Shown here: piece after piece, positions 20,739 to 28,696 of the stretch | How positions within the stretch are numbered: position 1 is the first letter of the stretch | How the letters are laid out: every line of letters begins with the position of its first letter | Assembly: GCA_964542225.1 (NCBI GenBank) | Contig: CAZITO010000003.1 | Location: 9,332 to 73,331, forward strand | From: an uncultured Bacteroidaceae bacterium | GTDB lineage: Bacteria; Bacteroidota; Bacteroidia; Bacteroidales; P3 | Direction: 5' to 3' | Length of the DNA stretch: 64,000 nt | Notes under the pieces: generated by a model | The model's database searches: none | Told to the model about the DNA's origin: nothing | Seen by the model: the letters and a program-made list of their open reading frames with translations, nothing else | Program-made: the position numbers and the translations under genes

Positions 20739-20746
20739 AAAATTAA
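20739..20746 (-). promoter_or_regulatory. Candidate -7 box (TAATTTTG) for the 8-gene operon
   Basis: The minus strand reads TATTAATTTTGTACAACAAATAGACTATT-ATG. TAnnTTTG is the Bacteroidota primary-sigma -7 consensus. A 6-bp palindrome ATCCTT-N6-AAGGAT lies just upstream at about 20751-20768. Confidence 0.5.
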
Positions 20747-20780
20747 TAAAATCCTTTTGTATAAGGATATATATTGAGAA

Positions 20781-21629
20781 TTAATTTGCATTCACGGGAA
20801 TTAAATTAGCTAAGGCGGAAGTCATTAGAATACATAGTGAAGTGATTTGTTCTGTAACATTGCTAGATATAGACTGTAACTCTGTATTGGTTCCAGCAAT
20901 CATTTGCTGAACATTAGTCTTTTGTTCTTCAAGCAGACCTGTAGAAAGTGAAGACATTTTATCTGTCAAAGTCTCAAGAGTATCCGCACACTTCTTGAAC
21001 TGCTATTCGCCAAAGGCTTTAATGTTCTGTTCAATCTGACCATGCATCTTAGTAAAGATGTCATCCATTCTTTTCACAAAGTCATTGATAAATTGTTAGA
21101 GAATCTTACTTTGTAGGCTAATAGTAGTATTGAGTCGTTCATTATAGACTTCATTTTTGGTACTTTGCTCTACAAGTTGCTGTGAAATTCTTGTTAGAGA
21201 TTCATTTGTTGTAGTTGACAACAGAGTAAGATTATATAGACACTCCTCTGGTGTTTGAAGGTTAATATTCTTTTCTAACTTTCGGTATTTGAATGAATAC
21301 AGTATTTTACATACGGCAGTAGCGATAAAGGCACAAATAAGACCTGCAATCGAAGAGGTAAAAGCTGGTACCAAATTTCGAATTATGGTATCTATTTCAA
21401 GCGAGTCCTGATTGATGTCGCCTAATGAACTACAAATAGCCACAAATGTTCCCAAGAGACCTAATGAAGTAAATAAGCCTGGTAAACTATTCAGTAATTG
21501 TCTGGATCTATTTTTATTGTATATCAATACAAAAATTACAGTTATCACAACGCATATAATAAACACTCTCTTACCTGTCAGTATTACGGCAAGTGGTTCT
21601 GGTAACCATTTGAATTCACTTTCTCTCAT
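20781..21629 (-). pseudogene. MotA/ExbB/TolQ-like membrane protein with a coiled-coil tail, two in-frame stops
   Basis: ORF 21096-21629 has TM segments and LFTSLGLLGTFVAI ... TSSIAGLICAFIA (MotA/ExbB-like). The same frame continues ...LQSKIL*QFINDFVKRMDDIFTKMHGQIEQNIKAFGE*QFKKCADTLETLTDKMSSLSTGLLEEQ... to 20781. The stops are TAA 21096-21098 and TAG 21003-21005. Confidence 0.55.
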
Positions 21630-21805
21630 GACTTATGTTATTGTTTCAATTTGTTATTCTTTGCTAATTATTATTTTGCAAGTGTAATCCATTTTAAAGA
21701 AAACAATACGAAAACGAATAATAATTTGCATAATAAAGTAAATCATTTGTTGAATTTTTGATGATTATTTTATAAACTCATCTATTTTTGCATTAATAAA
21801 ACTGA

Positions 21806-22021
21806 AAAAACAAGGATAATAAAGAAATTAACAGAATTAAAGTTGTACTTGTAGTAAAGAAGCGGACTGAAAAATGGTTAGCTGAAGCTTTAGACAAAGA
21901 TCTAGCAACAGTTTTCAAACGGTGCACTAATACAGTACGACCTTTACTTGAAACGTTAAGGCAAATAGCCAAATGTCTTGAGGTTGATGTAAAAGACTTA
22001 CTCAACTCACAGAATGAATAG
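21806..22021 (+). pseudogene. Second XRE-family HTH paralog lacking a canonical start codon
   Basis: The frame after TGA 21803-21805 reads KNKDNKEINRIKVVLVVKKRTEKWLAEALDKDLATVFKRCTNTVRPLLETLRQIAKCLEVDVKDLLNSQNE*. It is clearly homologous to the 20519-20719 product. No ATG/GTG/TTG occurs in frame before the HTH, so it is absent from the ORF track. Confidence 0.6.
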
Positions 22022-22290
22022 ATCTCCCGCATATCCTATAGTTTTAATTCTAATGCAAAAGTACTCATATAATTGCGAGTTAGGAATACATGGACGATAT
22101 ATGGACTAAAATGTTAAAGTACGATATTTTGGAATTTTGCGACAATCCTAGTAAAGTGTCACGTTTCCTACGAGTACCTGTACGCTTATGAGTATATATA
22201 AACATTATCTAAATATTCCTTGAAACCAAAAACAAATTCCGGTGATATTGCTAAACGTGGTCGTTTCGTTACAATAAATTTCAAAATAGC

Positions 22291-22345
22291 ATAGGTAACT
22301 TTGTCTGTTGCCCGAGTTTTCTTGTGATTCGGGATTTTGTGGCTA
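22291..22345. repeat. Third, diverged copy of the ATAGGTAACTTT repeat
   Basis: ATAGGTAACTTTGTCTGTTGCCCGAGTTTTCTTGTGATTCGGGATTTTGTGG is about 70 percent identical by eye to the copies at 7534-7641. It lies inside the integrase remnant. Confidence 0.45.
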
Positions 22346-22486
22346 TCTTAACCATATTAGGATAATACTCCAAAAGGGAGTATCTTCTTTGAACTGTCCC
22401 ATGAATGAATACTCACCATTTTGTGGATTTCAATGGTCAGTTTGGCTTTAATTGCTTGGGCAGATGCCAATGTTTGACAGTCCCGT

Positions 22487-22504
22487 CCCCCCCCCTTTTT
22501 TTTT
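22487..22504. repeat. C9T9 homopolymer pair
   Basis: CCCCCCCCCTTTTTTTTT. On the minus strand this is A9G9, encoding KKKGGG inside the integrase remnant. Confidence 0.9.
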
Positions 22505-22953
22505 CTGTTTGAGTTTTTACTCCAATCAAGTAAAGCTTCAGATATTCTTTATTTTGCTTATATTTTGACAGATGTAGATATCAAAACTGATGCTACCATT
22601 CACCAACTCCTTTACACGAAGTTTCACAGGCTCTTTTTGTATAATTGTCTTTTTCACCATAATTCGTTCTGTCTAAACAGTTCATTAATCGGGGACGAAA
22701 CTTTGTTTTTCGAGAGGCAGTTTTTGACCCTCACTTGTACTTCGGGAGACATCGCTGGAAGAAGATTATGTAACGAGGACTCGGTGTAAGGAATAGTAAA
22801 AAATAGATAAAGAAAAGTAAGATAAATTTTTGTATTTGACCCATAGAATGAATTTTAATACAAAATTCATTCTATGAATCTTTTTGGCAATGTTACAGAA
22901 ATATTTTTTATCGTAGATGAGCTTTTACAAGGTTTTAACAGTTGTTATCGTTT

Positions 22954-23346
22954 TTATAAAACATCTTCTCCATTCCAACGATACTCTCGCGTAAAATTTT
23001 TACGTGTTTCAAAAGTGCGTTTCTCGTCTAAAAGAAGTTGCTTTAAAATCCGTCCTGCTGCTTTGCCAGCCTCATTGTGTGCATAGTCACCTATCTGAAT
23101 TTTCTTTTTATAATGCTCATAAAGATCCATCATTGGCGTATTGTCCCAATTACAATTTGCTCCTCCAAGAAAATCTCTTGTAGCAAACCATTTATTTTCT
23201 CCATTTGCTTTTACATTTTTACACCAACTATAAACAGCACCCTGTAAATAATCCTTAACTCTGTTTATTACTTTCTCATCAATTCCATTAACACTGCGAA
23301 CATCATTTTGTGTTAATATTCTCTTGTTATCTATATCTATAATCAT
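22954..23346 (-). CDS. Hypothetical protein (130 aa)
   Basis: Clean ORF with an ATG start and AT-rich upstream DNA. I recognise no motif. Confidence 0.4.
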   Translation of the reverse strand: MIIDIDNKRILTQNDVRSVNGIDEKVINRVKDYLQGAVYSWCKNVKANGENKWFATRDFLGGANCNWDNTPMMDLYEHYKKKIQIGDYAHNEAGKAAGRILKQLLLDEKRTFETRKNFTREYRWNGEDVL

Positions 23347-23575
23347 AATATTATATATTTAAAGTTTTTATAAATTTCAATATTTTTAATGCTTGTAATA
23401 AAGTATAATCTGATTTATCCATACAAAACACATTGTTTTTTTGCAAAGGTACAAAAAAATATAATCTATTTTCAAAAAAAATGAGAGTTTTTTCTTAAAA
23501 CAGCAAAATATTATCTATTTATATCTTTTTTATTAAAAATATCCATGACAAATTCTTATTATAGAATTATAAGGT

Positions 23576-23700
23576 GTAACCCCATAAAAAGCCACTACTT
23601 TTTTATGGGTTGGCATAGGTTGTTATGGGGTGTGACAAGTTAGGATAGGGCAAAGCCATTATTTTTTTAAGGGGTTGTGTTAAGTTAGAATAGGTTATTT
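23576..23700 (+). repeat. Dispersed intergenic repeat family, locus A (two units)
   Basis: It shares blocks with 37671-37805 and, inverted, with 37141-37250. The blocks are CTTTTTTATGGGTTGGCATAGGTT, GTGTGACAAGTTAGGATAGGGCAAAGCCATTATTTTTTT and GGTTGTGTTAAGTTAGAATAGGTT. Confidence 0.65.
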
Positions 23701-23833
23701 AAAGTTGGCTTAGATTAAAATAGAGCAAGTGAAAACCGCAGGGTCTTTTTTTAGGATTCTCTATAAAAGACTCTGCAGGCATAGGTTGAATTTGGTACTA
23801 ATCTATAAAGTTAAAACAGTCTGAGGTTGTGTA

Positions 23834-24676
23834 TTATCTTGTTAGTATTTTGCAATTAGCGGGTTGTTTGATATCGTTATTTGTTATTATTTCTCCATAA
23901 CCGTCGGCAAGTATTTTCCCGCTTGAAGGATTTTTTACAGAAGTTACTTTGCCGTTTATTGTTGCTTGAACAGAAGAATACTCAAAAGCCAAATCTGCAT
24001 CTTCTCCAAAAGTGCAATCCTCCAAAATCAAATTCTCACAATAGCAAAGAGGTTGAGTTTGAGTAATTTTACATCTTACTAAGCGTAGATTTTTTGAATA
24101 CCAAGCAAGATATTCACCATTGATTTCGCTATCATAAACTGTTACGTTTTCTGTATTCCAAAAAGCATCTTTGGTGTTCAAAATAGAATTGTGTATTTCT
24201 ACATTTTTGCAATACTGAAAAGAATAGTTGCCATTTTGGTGGTAATTGTTGATTTTTATATTTTCACAGTGCATAAAAATATAATCGGCTTTATCTGTTT
24301 GCACATTTTCTATTTCTATGTCCTTGCAATGCCATAAGGTCTCAAGAGCGTTAGGGAGTTTTACATTTTTGAGTTTCAAACGTTGCATTTCTCTAAACAT
24401 CTTAGGTGCTTCCACAGTGCAATCTTCCATCTCTAAATCTGTACTATACCAAAGCGCCGCTCTAGCCCCTTCGGTAAAAAAGCAATCTTTTACCTTGAAG
24501 CCGTAAGTTTCCCAAAAAGGATACTTGCCTTCAAATCTACATTTTACTGCTTCTATATTTTTAGTTTCCTTTAAAGCACTTTCTCCGGCGTGTATAATAA
24601 CATTTTCCAAATATAAATTTTGGGTATGATACAAAGGTCTTTCACCTTCAAATTCTTTATTTATAATCTTTTCCAT
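23834..24676 (-). CDS. DUF3737 family protein (parallel beta-helix repeats)
   Basis: MEKIINKEFEGERPLYHTQNLYLENV...KYPFWETYGFKVKDCFFTEGARAALWYS...GEYLAWYSKNLRLVRCKITQTQPLCYCENLILEDC...DLAFEYSSVQATI matches the remembered DUF3737 sequence pattern. The start is placed at the internal Met; the ORF track begins at 24706. Confidence 0.7.
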   Translation of the reverse strand: MEKIINKEFEGERPLYHTQNLYLENVIIHAGESALKETKNIEAVKCRFEGKYPFWETYGFKVKDCFFTEGARAALWYSTDLEMEDCTVEAPKMFREMQRLKLKNVKLPNALETLWHCKDIEIENVQTDKADYIFMHCENIKINNYHQNGNYSFQYCKNVEIHNSILNTKDAFWNTENVTVYDSEINGEYLAWYSKNLRLVRCKITQTQPLCYCENLILEDCTFGEDADLAFEYSSVQATINGKVTSVKNPSSGKILADGYGEIITNNDIKQPANCKILTR

Positions 24677-24861
24677 ACTAACTTTACAAGTTTTTTTGTT
24701 TAACATTTATAGTAGAATATATGTTTTTGTGTAAAAGTTTTTTACATATATTAAATAACGCAAGACAATAAAAAAATATTTTTATTAAAAATGAAAAAAT
24801 GAACCCTCCTTTTTAAGGGAGAGTTCATCGTGAAATTTTAAAACTTTCGAAGTCTATTTTC

Positions 24862-25329
24862 TTAATATGTATTTTTTACTCTTCTTGATGCAGCGTACAT
24901 AATACGTAATGCTCCTGCTTTTCTCAATTCTTGTTTAACGTCAGTTACATCACCCATTCTTGTATCTCTATCGCATTTTAAAGTTGTAGTTATCAAAGGT
25001 TTGTCAGCCTCACTACGAGCAGCACGCTCACTCTCTACGAAAGCAACAATATCACTTACTTCACTCAATTGGTCATTCAATTGAATACGAGTACCTGTAC
25101 CATATTTTGGGTCAATAGGTTCTCCTATATAGATATTGCTCGCAAGAGATTTTTTCTCCAATTTTTGTATTTCGGAAGCCTGAGGTACGGTAATTTTAAC
25201 CATCAAAGAACTTTCTCTCATCGTAGAGATAACCATAAAGAAGAACAAGAACATAAACACAATATCAGACATTGAACTCGTGTTCATTGCAGGCAATTCC
25301 TTGCCACTTTCTTTTGTAAATCTTGCCAT
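24862..25329 (-). CDS. exbD: ExbD/TolR biopolymer transport protein
   Basis: 155 aa. It has an N-terminal TM segment with MNTSSMSDIVFMFLFFFMV, the typical ExbD/TolR start. It lies downstream of exbB. Confidence 0.8.
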   Translation of the reverse strand: MARFTKESGKELPAMNTSSMSDIVFMFLFFFMVISTMRESSLMVKITVPQASEIQKLEKKSLASNIYIGEPIDPKYGTGTRIQLNDQLSEVSDIVAFVESERAARSEADKPLITTTLKCDRDTRMGDVTDVKQELRKAGALRIMYAASRRVKNTY

Positions 25330-25344
25330 ACTTTTTTTCCTCCT

Positions 25345-25932
25345 TTACTTTTTCTTATCACCTACATTCTTTGGCTCTGCCTCTGATATAGCAGCCGGAA
25401 TGGCTTTGTCTATAGCCTCCTTTTGCTCATTAGTACAGTCCATATAATTACGAGAAAACTTATCCTTAGCCAAATCGTTTCTCAATTCATTGACCGCAGC
25501 CACCAACTCGTTTTGAACTTGAAGATACATCTTGTAAGAAGTACCCCTGTCATTTTGCAATGATATAACGCCTTGAGAAACATCATAATCTCCTATCAAA
25601 TCTATACGTTGACGTTTCTTCTCCGGCAAATTGGTAGCGTTGGCAGGATTGGCAAGGAATTCTTTCGTTCTCTCCTTCAGTGAATTGATATCACCGGGTT
25701 CTCCATTCACAAGTAATTGGTCGTTCATATTTACAAGAACAACAAACGTATTTCTTTTGTGAATATCCGGCGGTTTTACCGAAGGGTCAGATGGCGGTGG
25801 CAAACGTCTTTGTATACCCATATCCGTATTGATAGAAGAGGTCAACAGGAAGAAAGTCAATAACAAAAACGAAATGTCCGACATTGACGAAGAATTTAAC
25901 GCAGGTAACCCTTTTTTCCTTTTTCTTGCCAT
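25345..25932 (-). CDS. exbD: ExbD/TolR biopolymer transport protein (second copy)
   Basis: 195 aa with LNSSSMSDISFLLLTFFLL and an ExbD-like periplasmic domain. Confidence 0.8.
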   Translation of the reverse strand: MARKRKKGLPALNSSSMSDISFLLLTFFLLTSSINTDMGIQRRLPPPSDPSVKPPDIHKRNTFVVLVNMNDQLLVNGEPGDINSLKERTKEFLANPANATNLPEKKRQRIDLIGDYDVSQGVISLQNDRGTSYKMYLQVQNELVAAVNELRNDLAKDKFSRNYMDCTNEQKEAIDKAIPAAISEAEPKNVGDKKK

Positions 25933-25939
25933 AATAACT

Positions 25940-26386
25940 TTATTTTAAACGTTTTGCTACTTCTGCAAAAATAACAGATAATATAAGTCCGAAGAACAAT
26001 ATATAAGCCGTATATAAACCAGCACCCACTATTTTTGAAGAAGAATAATCTGCTCCGGTTTTCTCAAATACTATTTGTGGAATATCGGTTCCGGAGGCTA
26101 TAAAATAAGATACAATAAAGGCCACTATGGTTATGGCTAAAATAACCAAATATCTTGCCTTAACGGTTATAGCATCTTTTATAAGAAATATTACACCTGT
26201 TATTGTGGAACAAATAATCAATATCGCTGCAGTCCAATATGCAAAAGACCAGCATACATTGGCAAACCCTGTAGGCTCAAGCCCCATATCGTCAGTCTTA
26301 GTCAAAGCATATCCAATGGCTGCCAATGAAGCCAATACGGATATTATCATTGCAATGATTAAAACTATTCTTTTTTCTTTTTTCAT
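25940..26386 (-). CDS. Small integral membrane protein in the exbB-exbD cluster
   Basis: 148 aa with four predicted hydrophobic helices, located between exbB and exbD. No family recognised. Confidence 0.5.
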   Translation of the reverse strand: MKKEKRIVLIIAMIISVLASLAAIGYALTKTDDMGLEPTGFANVCWSFAYWTAAILIICSTITGVIFLIKDAITVKARYLVILAITIVAFIVSYFIASGTDIPQIVFEKTGADYSSSKIVGAGLYTAYILFFGLILSVIFAEVAKRLK

Positions 26387-26470
26387 TTATTTATCCTCCT
26401 TGGTTTTATATTTAAGTAAATTCACATATCTATATCACTCGCAATATAGATGATTTAATATCAAATAAAT

Positions 26471-27283
26471 TTACTTTCTATTCTTTACCAAGATGTCCAT
26501 AAATGATATAGAAGCATCTTCCATTGTAGAAACCAAACTTTCTATTTTTGACATTAAATAGTTATAGCAAACTTGAAGTATCAACGCAACGATAAGACCA
26601 AAGACTGTTGTAATCAACGCCACTTTCATACCGCCGGCAACGACTGTTGGAGAAATATCACCTGCTTTTTCTATATCATCAAATGCTTGTACCATACCGA
26701 CAACAGTACCCAAGAAACCCAAAGATGGAGCAATAGCAATAAACAAAGATATCCAAACCATATTGCTCTCCAATCTTGCCATCTGAACACCGCCATAAGA
26801 GGTAATTGCTTTCTCAACGTCTTCCAAACCATTGTCAACTCTGTCCAAACCTTGGAAGAAAATGGAAGCAACAGGACCTCTTGTGTTTTTGCATACTTCT
26901 TTAGCAGCATTATAATTTCCCGCTACAACATTGTCCTCTATGTTTTTAAGAAGTTTATCAACGTTTGTAGTTGCAAGATTCAAATAAATAATTCTCTCTA
27001 TAACCAAGCCTATACCAAGTATCAAACAAATAAGAATAGGTGTCATCCAACCAACACCACCCTCTATGTACTTAGTTTTAAGAACCTGATGGAAAGATTG
27101 CTTTTCTGAATCAGTCGTCTCCTCTACAGCAGGAGTTTGTTCTGCGGTAGCAGTCGTTTGAGAAACCGTAGTCTCAGAAGCAGTTGTTTCTGATGTGGTT
27201 GCATTTTTGTCTTGTGCATACGCAACGTTTACAAATAGTGTCAATAAAAATACCATTGACAAACAAGCAAATACTTTTTTCAT
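26471..27283 (-). CDS. exbB: MotA/TolQ/ExbB proton-channel protein
   Basis: 270 aa with a signal/TM segment and a Thr/Glu-rich linker. The C-terminal IAPSLGFLGTVVGMVQAF...GGMKVALITTVFGLIVA is the ExbB/TolQ signature. Confidence 0.85.
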   Translation of the reverse strand: MKKVFACLSMVFLLTLFVNVAYAQDKNATTSETTASETTVSQTTATAEQTPAVEETTDSEKQSFHQVLKTKYIEGGVGWMTPILICLILGIGLVIERIIYLNLATTNVDKLLKNIEDNVVAGNYNAAKEVCKNTRGPVASIFFQGLDRVDNGLEDVEKAITSYGGVQMARLESNMVWISLFIAIAPSLGFLGTVVGMVQAFDDIEKAGDISPTVVAGGMKVALITTVFGLIVALILQVCYNYLMSKIESLVSTMEDASISFMDILVKNRK

Positions 27284-27412
27284 GACTTTTTTGAATTGTT
27301 TTAATTATTTTACTCTTTTAATTTCATTAAATTTCTGTAATGTGCAAATTTACAACCTTATTTTAAAAATACAATAATAATTTATCTTTTTTTTGCAATC
27401 ACTTTCTCTTAA

Positions 27413-28690
27413 CTACTTATTTTCAATAACTAAGACTTTGTCTATTCTCACCCCCTCCATCTTCAAAATTCTAATTGTCAAGTTTTCCCACTTGATTTCG
27501 TCATTAACTTTTGGAGGTTTACCTGTTTGAGACAAAATAAGTCCGCTAAGTGTATCATAATCATATTCCGAAAATTTTTCTTTCATATTGAAATGTGAAA
27601 GAAAATCATAAAAAGAATATTGTCCATCTACCACAAAGGAGCCATCACCTTGTTTAACAAATTCCGGATTTTCATCGGCATCTTGTAAATCGGAGGAGTT
27701 ATCAATCAATGCTTCCAAAATATCATTCATTGTAACCATTCCTTGTACTATGCCAAACTCATCTATAATGAAAGCATAGTGTATTTTTGTTTTTTTGAAG
27801 ATTTCCAAAACATCATAGACCCCGACACTTTCGTGTAAAAAATTAGGTTCTCTCATCAAAGAAGATAAAACCATTTCACTATTGTCAAATTCTCTTATAA
27901 TATCTTTTATATAAATAACTCCTACGATATTGTCCAAACTTTTATCCACAACCGGGTATATATAATGCACTCCGTGTGAGAGTTTTTGCATTATGGAGGA
28001 TATTGTATCGTTTTTTTCAAAGTATTCCAAATCTGCACGAGGTGTCATCAATGAAACTATTCCTCTATCGTCCAAATCAAAAACGCGATTTACTATTTTT
28101 TGCTCCTTGTCGTCTATCTCACCCGCAGAGGCACTTTCTTTTATAATAGACCTTATCTCCTCTTCTGTGGCATTTTCACTATCCTTTGGCTTATAACCCA
28201 AAAGCGAATATATCGCATTGGTGGTTTTACTAAGCAACCAAACAAATGGGAAAGCAAGTTTTGACAAAAAAGATAAAGGCCCAACTATAAAAGAGGCAAC
28301 TCTTTCAGGATTAGTCATTCCTATACGCTTAGGCACAAGTTCTCCCAATATCAGCATAACAAAAGTTTCCACTACAACAATTACCACTCTTGCTATTATA
28401 ACGGCGTATGTGGTCTCTATATTTAGATTTTTCAGCAATTCAGCCAATTTGCCCACATATTGCTCACCCGTGTACAAACCTATTATCAATCCTATTGTGG
28501 TTATTGCTATTTGTATGGTGGATAAAAAATTATCAGGATTGTCCTTTATCTTAAGTATTGTTTCCGCTTTTTTATTTCCTTCTTTCAAAGAAGCATCCAA
28601 TTTGCTTTTACGAGAGGACACGACAGCAATCTCTGACATGGAGAAAAAGCCATTTAACAATATAAAGACCAAAATTATAATTATTTCCAT
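27413..28690 (-). CDS. CNNM/HlyC-CorC family transporter (DUF21 + CBS pair + CorC_HlyC; GldE-like)
   Basis: 425 aa. It has an N-terminal DUF21 membrane domain (FFSMSEIAVVSSRKSKL), a CBS pair region (IMTPR-like LMTPRADL) and a C-terminal transporter-associated domain. Confidence 0.8.
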   Translation of the reverse strand: MEIIIILVFILLNGFFSMSEIAVVSSRKSKLDASLKEGNKKAETILKIKDNPDNFLSTIQIAITTIGLIIGLYTGEQYVGKLAELLKNLNIETTYAVIIARVVIVVVETFVMLILGELVPKRIGMTNPERVASFIVGPLSFLSKLAFPFVWLLSKTTNAIYSLLGYKPKDSENATEEEIRSIIKESASAGEIDDKEQKIVNRVFDLDDRGIVSLMTPRADLEYFEKNDTISSIMQKLSHGVHYIYPVVDKSLDNIVGVIYIKDIIREFDNSEMVLSSLMREPNFLHESVGVYDVLEIFKKTKIHYAFIIDEFGIVQGMVTMNDILEALIDNSSDLQDADENPEFVKQGDGSFVVDGQYSFYDFLSHFNMKEKFSEYDYDTLSGLILSQTGKPPKVNDEIKWENLTIRILKMEGVRIDKVLVIENK

Positions 28691-28696
28691 AGTAAA

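Larger units (their letters stand above)
8423..20746 (-). other. BREX type 4-like 8-gene operon with accessory genes (promoter to last stop codon)
   Basis: Eight co-directional ORFs have junctions of -1 to 12 nt and a single upstream -7 box. See the individual entries. Confidence 0.75.
22215..22660 (-). pseudogene. Degraded N-terminal remnant of a Bacteroidales-type tyrosine integrase (arm-binding/SAM-like region)
   Basis: Minus-strand pieces in shifting frames are MVKKTIIQKEPVKLRVKELVNGSISFDIY..., KQNKEYLKLYLIGVKTQTEKKKGGGRD.QTLASAQAIKAKLTIEI..., QNGEYSFMGQFKEDTPFW... and NSGNRQSYLCYFEIY.NETTTFSNIT. They follow the remembered N-terminal pattern of CTn/NBU-type integrases (VKLR...G.iSLYLD.Y..gKR.YE.L.LYL....T..dK..NKETL.LAE.IR...E.E). 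No catalytic domain follows. Confidence 0.5.
1..22720. mobile_element. Mosaic defence/integration island; the left end lies outside the window and the right end is approximate
   Basis: Defence-type genes are clustered here (hsdS, RhuM, OLD, DUF234 ATPase, DUF2971, BREX-like operon). There is one tyrosine integrase (6084-7505) and one degraded integrase N-terminus (22215-22660). ATAGGTAACTTT-type repeats occur at 7534-7675 and 22291-22345. The left arm (about 500-8300) is visibly richer in G+C than the rest of the window. Confidence 0.45.

Noticed and set aside
20781-21629. A Zorya-like system based on the MotA-like protein with a long tail
   Set aside because: There is no ZorB/MotB (OmpA-like) partner or ZorC/D-type genes nearby. 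The protein is much shorter than ZorA and carries two in-frame stops.
22565-22789. 74-aa plus-strand ORF
   Set aside because: It lies antisense to the integrase N-terminal remnant, and its translation has no recognisable features.
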